Source of the DNA: Euryarchaeota archaeon UBA136
GTDB taxonomy: Archaea > Thermoplasmatota > Poseidoniia > MGIII > CG-Epi1
DNA: 50,965 nucleotides
Direction: 5' to 3'
Assembly: GCA_002506485.1 (NCBI GenBank)
Contig: DAXQ01000076.1
Span: 1 to 50,965 of the forward strand
Each line of letters begins with the position of its first letter. The first letter of the stretch is position 1. The translations under genes and the position numbers were made by a program. The notes under the pieces are model-generated. The model saw nothing but the letters and a program-made list of their open reading frames with translations. It was not told where the DNA came from and did not search any database. Shown piece after piece: positions 29,304-38,449 of the stretch.

Positions 29304-31168
29304 GATGGTTCTTATTTCTCCTTCTGGTTGTTGCACTTGTTCCTGCTGCGTCAGCTGAAAATCACACAGTGATTGTTACCCAGGCTGATGATTCCAGCTC
29401 ATACTTTTTTGATCCTGAGGTATTGACGGTAAACATTGGAGATACAGTGGAATTTGTTTGGGGCAATGGTTCTCACAATGTAGCTCAGGTTTCCGATTCA
29501 GAATCAAAGACCTATGGTTCAGGGTTCTATTCAGGTGTGCCAGAAGTGGGTGGCAATTGGGTACTGCCAGCTGAGTATACAATGCAGGATGGAACTTTGT
29601 ATTACGTTTGTCAGCCTCATGCGCTGATGGGTATGAGTGGATCAATAATTGTAGGTACTGGAACTCCTCCTCTTCCTGATATTGCAATGGAATTTGGTGA
29701 CTTCCCATGGCTTTCCTATCTTCTGGTATTTCCCCTTATCGGTTCTCTTTGGATTCTTGGTTTCAGAAACAACCCCTCTGCTCCAAGGATAATTGCTCTG
29801 TTCACTACATTATTCACGCTTGGACTATCCATTATAATATTTGTAAAGGCTGGTTCAGGAAGTGGTTTCAGATTAATGGAGGAATATGTATGGGCACCTA
29901 AACTGGGAGTGTCTCTACTACTGGGAGTTGATGGTCTCAGCTCACCGATGGTTCTGTTAACGGGAATCATTACCCCTCTCGCGGTCTTATTTGCTTGGCA
30001 TGAAAAGGAAAAACCAGCCTTATTCTTTGCTTTACTATTGGTAATGCAGACGGCCCTATTCGGTGTTTTCATCACTCTGGATTATTTTGTGTTCTATATC
30101 TTCTGGGAAGTGGTGCTGATTCCAATGTTCTTTTTGATTGCTATTTGGGGTGGCGATAACAAACGATATGCTTCAATCAAGTTCATTATTTACACATTCA
30201 CTGCTTCGGTTGTGATGTTAGTTGGATTTATGGCCCTTTATTTTGAAGCGGGCGTCAATTCCTTTTCGATGATTGAAATTGCCGAGGCTAACGCAGGTTT
30301 CAACAGGGACTTCCAGATCTGGGTTTTTGCGGCATTGTTCATCGGTTTCGCGGTCAAGATACCTTCAGTTCCTTGGCATACTTGGTTACCAGATGCCCAT
30401 GTCGAGGCTCCAACTGCGGGGTCAATTCTTTTAGCTGGAGTCATGCTGAAAATGGGACTTTATGGTTTAATGCGGGCAGCAATCCCGGTTCTACCTTTAG
30501 GTGCCGAGTATTTTGTACCAATAATGGTCGTTTTAGCTATTGTTTCTATATTGTATGGAGCAGCCTTAAGTCTGGGTCAGGAGGACCTGAAAAAATTAGT
30601 AGCATATTCTAGTGTTTCCCATATGGGTGTTGCACTGTTAGGAGTTGCAACGATGACTGAGCTGGGTTTTGCCGGTGCGGTTTTTATGATGTTTGCACAT
30701 GGTATTCTTAGCCCAGCAATGTTCATGGTTGCGGGAGTAATGTTGCATCAAGTTGGCACTCGTGATATTCCAAAACTTGGAGGTCTAGCTGGCTATCAAC
30801 CTACTACTGCTGGAGTTTTTGTTGTTATTTTCTTGGGCAGTCTTGGTCTTCCAGGTATGGCTGTTTTTGTTGCAGAATTGGCAGTTTTTATTGCTTTTTT
30901 CCAGTCTCATGGTTATTGGTTGATACTTCCAATTTTTGGAATGGTTCTGACAGCGGGTTATCATTTATGGGCTTTACAGCGCTCTTTGTTTGGTCCCGAC
31001 AGTGAGCAGATAGAAATGAATCAAGTTCACGAAGCTCCATGGTATGAGTTTTATCCTTTATTGGTAATCGTTATCCTTGCCGCTTTTTTCGGTATTTTCC
31101 CAAGTTATTTGATGGATCCTATAACTGTTGCATGTTATGATATTCTGGCTTTTATGGGGGAAGTATAG
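29300..31168 (+). CDS. nuoM: Complex I-like subunit M fused to an N-terminal signal peptide and type-1 copper (cupredoxin) domain
   Basis: Signal ...PAASA; FDP..LTV..GDTV.F, HNV, YVCQPHALMGM; then GVDGLS, FYIFWE, PWHTWLPDAHVEAPT.GS.LLAG, KKLVAYSSVSHMG; ATGA overlap with nuoL. Confidence 0.93.
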   Translation: MRWFLFLLLVVALVPAASAENHTVIVTQADDSSSYFFDPEVLTVNIGDTVEFVWGNGSHNVAQVSDSESKTYGSGFYSGVPEVGGNWVLPAEYTMQDGTLYYVCQPHALMGMSGSIIVGTGTPPLPDIAMEFGDFPWLSYLLVFPLIGSLWILGFRNNPSAPRIIALFTTLFTLGLSIIIFVKAGSGSGFRLMEEYVWAPKLGVSLLLGVDGLSSPMVLLTGIITPLAVLFAWHEKEKPALFFALLLVMQTALFGVFITLDYFVFYIFWEVVLIPMFFLIAIWGGDNKRYASIKFIIYTFTASVVMLVGFMALYFEAGVNSFSMIEIAEANAGFNRDFQIWVFAALFIGFAVKIPSVPWHTWLPDAHVEAPTAGSILLAGVMLKMGLYGLMRAAIPVLPLGAEYFVPIMVVLAIVSILYGAALSLGQEDLKKLVAYSSVSHMGVALLGVATMTELGFAGAVFMMFAHGILSPAMFMVAGVMLHQVGTRDIPKLGGLAGYQPTTAGVFVVIFLGSLGLPGMAVFVAELAVFIAFFQSHGYWLILPIFGMVLTAGYHLWALQRSLFGPDSEQIEMNQVHEAPWYEFYPLLVIVILAAFFGIFPSYLMDPITVACYDILAFMGEV

Positions 31169-32661
31169 TGGATAGTTCTCTTCTTTTCTTGCCTGAACTA
31201 TTGTTGGTAGCCAGTATCATGGCAATCCCGGCTTTGTATATTGCTACTGAGAATAACAAATCTTATTCGATTTGCGCTAATATGACTTTGGCATTGTCAT
31301 TCTTGTTGCTTATATTATTCTGGTTTTATCCGGATGAAGTTTCATTTGAAAAGAATTCGTCAGTTTATATTATTTATAGCCATTTTAAATTGGATACCTT
31401 CTCACAATTATTCAAAATAATATTTGTATTGACAGCTTTGACGGTTTCTGTTCTGAGTGGTTCTTATTTTGAGGAAGATGAGCCTCATCAGGCAGAGTAC
31501 TATACTCTACTTCTTTCTAGTACTTTAGGTATGATGTTGGTTGCTTCTGCGACTGATTTCTTGACACTTTTCTTAGGAATAGAGATATCGGCTTTCAGCA
31601 GTTATGCTATGGTTGCTTTCAGAAAACAGGATGATAAGTCTACGGAAGCAGGGGCCAAATACTTTCTGATAGGTGCTTTTTCTTCGGCACTTACACTTTA
31701 CGGAATATCCTTGCTTTATGCCCTTACTGGTTCGATTACTTTCGAAGGTATGCGTTCATTTTTTACAGGTCTTAATAATGAAGTTGTTTCCGGGAATTTT
31801 GATGAGGTCATTTTTATTTCTAGTTTGTTCATACTTGCTGGTTTAGGCTTCAAGATCGCAGTTGTTCCCTTTCACGCCTGGGCACCTGATGTGTACCAGG
31901 GCGCTCCAACTCCTGTAACGACCCTTCTTGCAGCTGGAAGTAAGGCTATGGGGTTCGTAGCCTTGTTCAGAGTATTCTTGTTCACAATGGAAGCTGTATC
32001 TGATGAGTGGAAGTTAATTCTTGGAATTATAGCTCTTGCTTCAATGACAATTGGTAATCTGGCAGCTATTACTCAGGATGATATTGGTCGGATGCTAGCT
32101 TATTCCTCAATTGCTCAGGCAGGGTACATTCTGATCGCAGTTCCTGCTCTTACCGATGACGCAGTCTCCGGGGCCATTGCCCATACCATGGTTCATGCAT
32201 TCATGAAAGGGGGAGCTTTTGTCATAGTTGCAGGAGTAGGTGCAGCCGGGTTGGGATATAGCCTGGATTCTTACAAAGGTCTGGCTGCACGTTCACAATT
32301 ATTGGCATTGTCCATGACTGTTTGTCTTTTGTCCCTAGTTGGAATCCCTCCGTTTGCCGGATTCATTAGTAAATTTCTGCTATTCTATGGGACTTTGCAA
32401 GCTGGTCTTTCGGGAGATACTTGGATTATTGCATTGGTAATTGCCGGTGTTCTGAATTCTGCACTTTCACTGTATTATTATCTTAAAGTTATTCGGTTCA
32501 TGTATCTTTATGATGCTGTCGGTTCCAAGGATATTGAGTTTAGCAATGCGGTTCGTTATATTTCGTTCCTAACTGTGCTTTTCTTGGCTATTATTCTGCC
32601 CTTGTTCTGGCAGTCCCTCTTTGAAATCTGCAAGGAGGCTACTGTAGCTCTGATGACATGA
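31168..32661 (+). CDS. nuoN: Complex I-like subunit N
   Basis: EAGAKYF, FKIAVVPFHAWAPDVYQGAPTP, RMLAYSSIAQAGY, GIPPFAGF.SK, LYYYLK. Confidence 0.94.
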   Translation: MDSSLLFLPELLLVASIMAIPALYIATENNKSYSICANMTLALSFLLLILFWFYPDEVSFEKNSSVYIIYSHFKLDTFSQLFKIIFVLTALTVSVLSGSYFEEDEPHQAEYYTLLLSSTLGMMLVASATDFLTLFLGIEISAFSSYAMVAFRKQDDKSTEAGAKYFLIGAFSSALTLYGISLLYALTGSITFEGMRSFFTGLNNEVVSGNFDEVIFISSLFILAGLGFKIAVVPFHAWAPDVYQGAPTPVTTLLAAGSKAMGFVALFRVFLFTMEAVSDEWKLILGIIALASMTIGNLAAITQDDIGRMLAYSSIAQAGYILIAVPALTDDAVSGAIAHTMVHAFMKGGAFVIVAGVGAAGLGYSLDSYKGLAARSQLLALSMTVCLLSLVGIPPFAGFISKFLLFYGTLQAGLSGDTWIIALVIAGVLNSALSLYYYLKVIRFMYLYDAVGSKDIEFSNAVRYISFLTVLFLAIILPLFWQSLFEICKEATVALMT

Positions 32662-32918
32662 TTGACAAGGATAATATTCAATATAGACAATTTAGTAAAT
32701 TGTGGGCAGGGGAGACACCTAAAGGCGTCAACATCACCAAGAGAGATGTTTTCCGTTCCAAGATGAAAAATTCATGTCAGCAGGAAGGGATTGAATTTAG
32801 TGAAATAAATGCGTTTAGAATTTTCTCGGGAGAGATTAAAGAATTAGGTTCAGACACTCAGAAGGTAGGAGAGATTAAGGTAACTAAACCACCTAGAAGA
32901 CATCTAAGAGGAATTTAA
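32658..32918 (+). CDS. Small soluble hypothetical protein coupled to nuoN
   Basis: ATGA overlap with the nuoN stop; 86 aa, basic C-terminus. Confidence 0.65.
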   Translation: MIDKDNIQYRQFSKLWAGETPKGVNITKRDVFRSKMKNSCQQEGIEFSEINAFRIFSGEIKELGSDTQKVGEIKVTKPPRRHLRGI

Positions 32919-33892
32919 TTTCGGTCACTTACAATTAGTTCATTTGCAAAGGATATAGGTACCTGTTCTAGTAGAATTTTGGTTGATGAATCTGGAACCT
33001 CTTCCAAAAATTTCCGGGACATTTCTTGCCATGGGGCAATCAATTCTTCAAAGATATTCTGAGCATCGCTTGTTTTCACGTTCTTTATAATTTCACCAGC
33101 ATTTCCAGTCTCTATAAATTTATCAATAGATGGTTTGTACCCGCTATAACGAGTTAATCTTGTGACTGGTAAAGTTGGTATTCCAAGGGCTAAGTCTCCT
33201 ACAGGTGTCTTGGTAATTAATGAATTCATAAGATCAAGATAGTCATCAGTTATCTGATATATAATTCCTACAGTTTCCCCGAATTTATACATTGGTAATG
33301 CCAAGTCGGTTTGAGGCGAGATTAATGCCCCTAATTCAGCAGCTGTACTGTATAGTGCTCCAGTCTTTCTTTTTATTCTATGAAGATACACAGATTCACT
33401 GTAATTTTCTTTATCTGTAAAGTCAGCAATCGCCCCTTCAGTCAAATTCCTGGCACATATTGCTAGAGATTTTCCTGTGGCTAATGAGATGGCCCCATGT
33501 AGGGACCCCGTTGCAACCATCAGATCCGCGACTAAAATGGCTGTCCTTGGGCCCAGTTCTTTCCACAATGATGGAGCCTCACGCCTAAATTTATCTCCAT
33601 CTAACCAATCATCATGTATCAAGGTTCCACAATGAATCAATTCCAAGGCCATTCCACATTCGAATGCCAAATGGGCATCGCCACCTAAACAATCGGATAC
33701 TAAACGGCAAAGTACGGGTCGTAATTGCTTTCCTTGCCCTACTCCTTTTTCTATTAGAGGTGCTATATCCTTTGATTCCTTGCTGATTTCTCTTTTCAGA
33801 TGTCTTTGGAACTCAACTCTAACTTCTTCGAAATAATCGTTTAAATTCTGCGAGACTGTCAGATTTTCCTGTAATTTTATTGTTTCTTTCAT
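32915..33892 (-). CDS. trans-polyprenyl diphosphate synthase (probably long-chain)
   Basis: GKQLRP, FARM LIHDDWLD..RR, KT motif, SARM YQITDDYLD, GDL..G.PTLP. Confidence 0.9.
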   Translation of the reverse strand: MKETIKLQENLTVSQNLNDYFEEVRVEFQRHLKREISKESKDIAPLIEKGVGQGKQLRPVLCRLVSDCLGGDAHLAFECGMALELIHCGTLIHDDWLDGDKFRREAPSLWKELGPRTAILVADLMVATGSLHGAISLATGKSLAICARNLTEGAIADFTDKENYSESVYLHRIKRKTGALYSTAAELGALISPQTDLALPMYKFGETVGIIYQITDDYLDLMNSLITKTPVGDLALGIPTLPVTRLTRYSGYKPSIDKFIETGNAGEIIKNVKTSDAQNIFEELIAPWQEMSRKFLEEVPDSSTKILLEQVPISFANELIVSDRN

Positions 33893-33894
33893 AG

Positions 33895-35172
33895 TTAAAT
33901 GTATTCAATACCAATTATCAGTAATGTCCCAGTTAGGGCATGTATACCAATGGTTCCCCAGTTTGCACCGGCCAATTCTCGGGTATTATAGCTGTTTATT
34001 ACTTGATATGAATAATAGAGAGCCACAGGTAATCCTAGTAATGAAAGAAGGGCCCCTTCCTCTACGATATTGTATTCGAATAATGCATATATTGAGGAGA
34101 ATGCTGCAAGCATTAGGATAAGGTACCCCCAACTGGATTTTTCTAGTCCTAGAACTACAACCAAGTGATGTTTTCCTGCAATTTCGTCTGATTTGCTATC
34201 AGGAAACTGATTAATCCAAAGTATTGCTGTCGTTAGTATTCCAAATGGTATTCCAAATAGAAATGCCTCCCATGAATGTATTCCAGACATTGCATAGATA
34301 GCTCCCATAGTCATCAGTGGGCCATAATTCAAACCAATCAGTAATTCTCCAATTCCTTTACGTGCTACTAATCTTAGAGGATATCCCATATAGAAATATC
34401 CCGAAAACGCTCCCGCAAGTCCGTAGTAAAGTAATTCCACTTTATTATCAAGCATAATTACTATTCCTGATAAACCAGCTAAAGCTAGAAAAGAAGTTGC
34501 CAAACGGAAAAGTTGTTTCTCAGTTATCAATCCCAGTTCGATAGCTCTGCTGCCTCCTGAGAGTTGTAAGAAATAGTCGTTGTTGATCTGATCAGTTCCA
34601 CTGGTCCAGTCAAAATAATCATTGTATGTATTGGCAGCCAGATGTAGAAAAGATCCACCCATAAACACCAATCCAAAGGTTAACCAATCCATCTCGATAA
34701 GTCCTTTCTGAAGACCCCAGACCACGCTAGCAATTATTGGAATCCAGGTGGCACTAAGGAAAGGCAATCTTGTTATGGCAACGATTGAGATAAATCGGGT
34801 GAGCAAGGATGTTTTGGGCATAGTGTCCATGGGAGAAACATTCTTCAGTTCTTTTGTGCGCCCACAGTAACCGATATGCATTCCGTTTTTCATTGTTGCC
34901 GTACATGTAAATTCAGCAGCAAATTGCGTTCCATCTTTTCTTATGAAGGTGGTCTTTGTTGAATATCCTTCCCTATTCTTTCTTGCTTCTTTTAACCACT
35001 TAGCAACATGGCCTAGCACCACCATACCAGGTGAGAATAGAGAAACTCTCTTCTTACCTATGATTTCATTGGCCGTGTACCCAAACATTATTTCGGCGCT
35101 TTTGTTGAAGGTTTCTATTCTACCCTCTATATCACAGGTTATTACACTGGTTACGTCATCTGATTCTGACAT
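33895..35172 (-). CDS. menA: PAS-domain / MenA (UbiA-family) prenyltransferase fusion
   Basis: N-terminal PAS (ITCDIEGRIETFNKSAEIMFGYTANEIIGK...RKDG); C-terminal RLPFL, NTYNDYFD..SGTD, GIGEL, NQFPD..SD...GK; start set at MSESDD because a TATA box lies at 35215-35222. Confidence 0.85.
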   Translation of the reverse strand: MSESDDVTSVITCDIEGRIETFNKSAEIMFGYTANEIIGKKRVSLFSPGMVVLGHVAKWLKEARKNREGYSTKTTFIRKDGTQFAAEFTCTATMKNGMHIGYCGRTKELKNVSPMDTMPKTSLLTRFISIVAITRLPFLSATWIPIIASVVWGLQKGLIEMDWLTFGLVFMGGSFLHLAANTYNDYFDWTSGTDQINNDYFLQLSGGSRAIELGLITEKQLFRLATSFLALAGLSGIVIMLDNKVELLYYGLAGAFSGYFYMGYPLRLVARKGIGELLIGLNYGPLMTMGAIYAMSGIHSWEAFLFGIPFGILTTAILWINQFPDSKSDEIAGKHHLVVVLGLEKSSWGYLILMLAAFSSIYALFEYNIVEEGALLSLLGLPVALYYSYQVINSYNTRELAGANWGTIGIHALTGTLLIIGIEYI

Positions 35173-35214
35173 TAGGTACCTTTTAATTTCCTTATTCAAC
35201 TTCATTAGGTATAG

Positions 35215-35222
35215 TATATAAA
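35215..35222 (-). promoter_or_regulatory. TATA box for the PAS-menA / polyprenyl synthase unit
   Basis: TTTATATA on the minus strand. Confidence 0.5.
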
Positions 35223-35251
35223 ACAATCATTATTATTGCCCAATTCAATGA

Positions 35252-38200
35252 TTATACATTTATTTTTTTAAGGGGTTCCAAATATTCAGCTTCCCCTTCT
35301 TTTAGTGAATTAATAGCTGCCTTTGCGCCAGTTATAGTGGTTATGAATGGAATTCCTAATTCGACCGCTAATCTTCTCATTTGTGCTCCATCGGTTGCAG
35401 CTCTTCTTCCAGTAGGTAGATTGATAATCAGATCCACTTTTTTGTTCCTCATCACAGATAGGATATCTGGTTGTTTTCTGTCCGATATTCTCCAGATCAC
35501 CTTACTATCTATTCCTTTTCTTCGCAGGTGTGCAGCAGTTCCTTTCGTGGCTATCAGATTGAATCCCAAATCTATCAATTCCTGTGCAACATCTCCAAAT
35601 TCGAGTTTGAGTTTGTTTGATACTGAAAGAAACACAGTTCCTGTGGTAGGTATGGTCTTGTTTCCCCCTTTCATTGCTTTGAGGTATGCAGTTCCAAACG
35701 TAGGCCCATGTCCCATCGCTTCACCTGTGGACTTCATTTCTGGGCCCAGTACCGTGTCTAATCCGGTTATCTTTAACCAGGAGAAGGTTGGTACTTTCAC
35801 TGACGCTCCCTTCATTTTAATTAATTCTGGAAGCTGATTCAATTTTTGGCCCAACATCGCTCTTACAGCTAATCTAGCTAGGGGATAACCTGTTGACTTA
35901 CTAACGAAGGGCAGAGTCCGGCTTGCCCTTGGATTTGCCTCTAGAAGGAACACATTTGAGTCCTTGATTGCCAATTGTAAATTTGCAGCTCCAATAATTC
36001 TCATCTCTTTGGCAACTTTTTTACTAATCTTGATGACTTCATCTTCCAATTTCTTTGAAATTGATTGGGGAGGCATAACGCACGCACTGTCTCCGGAATG
36101 GACACCAGCCATCTCAATTTGCTCCATTACAGCCCCAATCACCACTTTCTTTCCATCGGAAATCAGATCAACGTCCAGTTCAATAGCTCCTTCCAAGAAT
36201 TTATCGACTAGTACTGGCCTTTTGGGAGTGGCATGAGTTTCTAATCGCAGATATTTCTTGAGTTGTTTATCATTGTGTACAATTTCCATACCTCTCCCAC
36301 CGAGTACAAAGGAAGGTCTGACTAGGACGGGAAATCCAATTTCCTCTGCTCTGGTTATGACTTCATCCGAACTTTTGGCTATCGCCCATTTCGGCATCTT
36401 TATGCCTGCCTTTCTCATTAGTTCTCCACATTTTCCTCTGTCCTCGGCAGCATCCATATCCCTGACTTTTGTGCCGAGGATCCTAGTTTTCAATTTTTCT
36501 TTTTGGATATAGGCTTCAACTTCTGATGCTAAATTGACTGCGGTTTGTCCACCTAACTGTAAAATTATTCCATATGGTTTTTCTACATCTAGTATCTCAA
36601 AGATAGATTCAGCATCTAAAGGCTCGAAATACAATCTATCTGATGCATCAAAATCAGTTGATACTGTTTCTGGGTTGTTATTTACCACAACGGCTTCGTA
36701 GCCTGCCTTCCTTACCGCTTGTACTCCATGAACGGTTGAATAGTCGAATTCTATCCCTTGTCCTATTCTTATGGGTCCTGAACCTAGGATTACAATATTT
36801 TTCCCTATCTTGTATTCAGATTTCTGGTCCAAATAGGTTGAATAGAAGTAGGGCGTCTTTGCTTCAAATTCACCAGCGCATGTGTCCACCATCAAGAATG
36901 ATGAAGTAATATTCATTCTCTTTCTTTGATTTCTTATGGTTTCCTCATTTTTTCCAGTTAAATGAGATATGTGGGAATCACTAAATCCGTTGCTTTTAGC
37001 CTTGAGTAGAATCTTCTTTGGTATATTCTTTCTAATTTTTTCCAATTTGTTTTCAATTTTCACTAATTCTCCAATTCTTTCGATGAAGAAAGGATGGAAG
37101 TCAGTTAATTCGCAAGTTCTCTGAATTCTATTGGGACTAGCATTCCTGCGTTTAAGATAGTTCCAGATAATTGTTAGGCGTTGATCATTGGGCACCCGCA
37201 GTTTCTCCTCTAATTTCTCTTTTCTCCACTTGATTGTCTCAGGGTATCCTAGACCTTGGCCAATAGATCTCCACCCTTTCATCAATGCTTCCTCAAATGA
37301 CCTGCCAATGGCCATAGTTTCCCCAGTTGATTTCATCTGCGTTCCAAGAGTTCTATCCGCGAGTTTGAATTTGTCGAATGGCCACCTAGGTATCTTGATG
37401 ACCACATAATCAATAGATGGTTCGAAGGCTGCACTTGTATTTCCTGTTACTCTGTTTGGTAATTCATGCAGTTTATGTCCAATCGATAGCATGCTGGCAA
37501 TACGGGCTATTGGAACCCCTGTTGCTTTGGATGCCAATGCTGAAGAGCGCGAGACCCGAGGATTAACCTCTATCAGGATATAATCCTCCGTTTTGGAATT
37601 ATATGCGAATTGAACATTACAGCCACCTACTATCCCTAGACTTCTGACAACCTTCAATGCTGAAGTTCTCAATTTTTGATATGCTGTGTCAGGAAGAGTG
37701 AGGGCCGGTGCCACGACAATAGATTCACCAGTATGTACTCCCATAGGGTCTAGGTTTTCCATTGAACAGACGATAATTGCATTATCATCCTCATCTCTTA
37801 GAACTTCAAACTCAAATTCAAGCCATCCTAAGATGGATTCTTCTATCAATAATTGTTTGACAGGGGAAAGGGCTAAACCTCTACCAGCTATAATATCTAA
37901 TTCACTTTCATCATAAGCAATGCCTCCTCCCGTACCACCCAGAGTGAAGGCTGGTCTTACAACGACCGGATAATCCAGTTTCTCTGCTAATTTCAGTGAT
38001 TGGTTGATTGTTTTGGCAATTCCGCTTTCTGCAACAGGTTCGCCTATTTCTACCATCTTTTTTCTGAAAAGATCCCTGTCTTCAGCCATTTCAATGGATT
38101 TCAATGACGTTCCCAGAATTTTCACCCCATATTTCTGGAGTACTCCGGCCTTATGCAAATCTACTGTGAGGTTAAGTCCAGTTTGCCCCCCCATACCAGG

Positions 38201-38449
38201 AATAATCGCATCAGGTTTCTCTTTTTCAATAATTCTCTTCAAGGATTCCACAGTCATCGGTTCGATGTAGACGATATCTGCAGTTTCCGGGTCAGTCTGG
38301 ATCGTTGCTGGATTCGAATTGACTAGGACTACAGTATGCCCAGCCTCACGCAATGCGGAACAACATTGAGAACCTGAATAATCAAATTCAGCTGCCTGAC
38401 CAATAATTATAGGTCCAGCTCCAGGGACTAGAATCTTCATTCTACCCAT
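35252..38449 (-). CDS. carB: Carbamoyl-phosphate synthase large subunit
   Basis: GQAAEFDYSG, NSNPATIQTD, RSSALASKATG, GPIRIGQGIEFDY, C-terminal MGS domain. Confidence 0.97.
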   Translation of the reverse strand: MGRMKILVPGAGPIIIGQAAEFDYSGSQCCSALREAGHTVVLVNSNPATIQTDPETADIVYIEPMTVESLKRIIEKEKPDAIIPGMGGQTGLNLTVDLHKAGVLQKYGVKILGTSLKSIEMAEDRDLFRKKMVEIGEPVAESGIAKTINQSLKLAEKLDYPVVVRPAFTLGGTGGGIAYDESELDIIAGRGLALSPVKQLLIEESILGWLEFEFEVLRDEDDNAIIVCSMENLDPMGVHTGESIVVAPALTLPDTAYQKLRTSALKVVRSLGIVGGCNVQFAYNSKTEDYILIEVNPRVSRSSALASKATGVPIARIASMLSIGHKLHELPNRVTGNTSAAFEPSIDYVVIKIPRWPFDKFKLADRTLGTQMKSTGETMAIGRSFEEALMKGWRSIGQGLGYPETIKWRKEKLEEKLRVPNDQRLTIIWNYLKRRNASPNRIQRTCELTDFHPFFIERIGELVKIENKLEKIRKNIPKKILLKAKSNGFSDSHISHLTGKNEETIRNQRKRMNITSSFLMVDTCAGEFEAKTPYFYSTYLDQKSEYKIGKNIVILGSGPIRIGQGIEFDYSTVHGVQAVRKAGYEAVVVNNNPETVSTDFDASDRLYFEPLDAESIFEILDVEKPYGIILQLGGQTAVNLASEVEAYIQKEKLKTRILGTKVRDMDAAEDRGKCGELMRKAGIKMPKWAIAKSSDEVITRAEEIGFPVLVRPSFVLGGRGMEIVHNDKQLKKYLRLETHATPKRPVLVDKFLEGAIELDVDLISDGKKVVIGAVMEQIEMAGVHSGDSACVMPPQSISKKLEDEVIKISKKVAKEMRIIGAANLQLAIKDSNVFLLEANPRASRTLPFVSKSTGYPLARLAVRAMLGQKLNQLPELIKMKGASVKVPTFSWLKITGLDTVLGPEMKSTGEAMGHGPTFGTAYLKAMKGGNKTIPTTGTVFLSVSNKLKLEFGDVAQELIDLGFNLIATKGTAAHLRRKGIDSKVIWRISDRKQPDILSVMRNKKVDLIINLPTGRRAATDGAQMRRLAVELGIPFITTITGAKAAINSLKEGEAEYLEPLKKINV

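Noticed and set aside
35173..35226. Longer N-terminus for PAS-MenA given in the ORF track
   Set aside because: It overlaps a TATA box and AT-rich intergenic-like sequence; the ATG at 35172 fits better. Similar start corrections were made for the redoxin, nuoD, nuoJ2, nuoK and nuoM
35337..38270. Several plus-strand ORFs up to 166 aa
   Set aside because: All antisense to carB; typical reverse-frame artefacts
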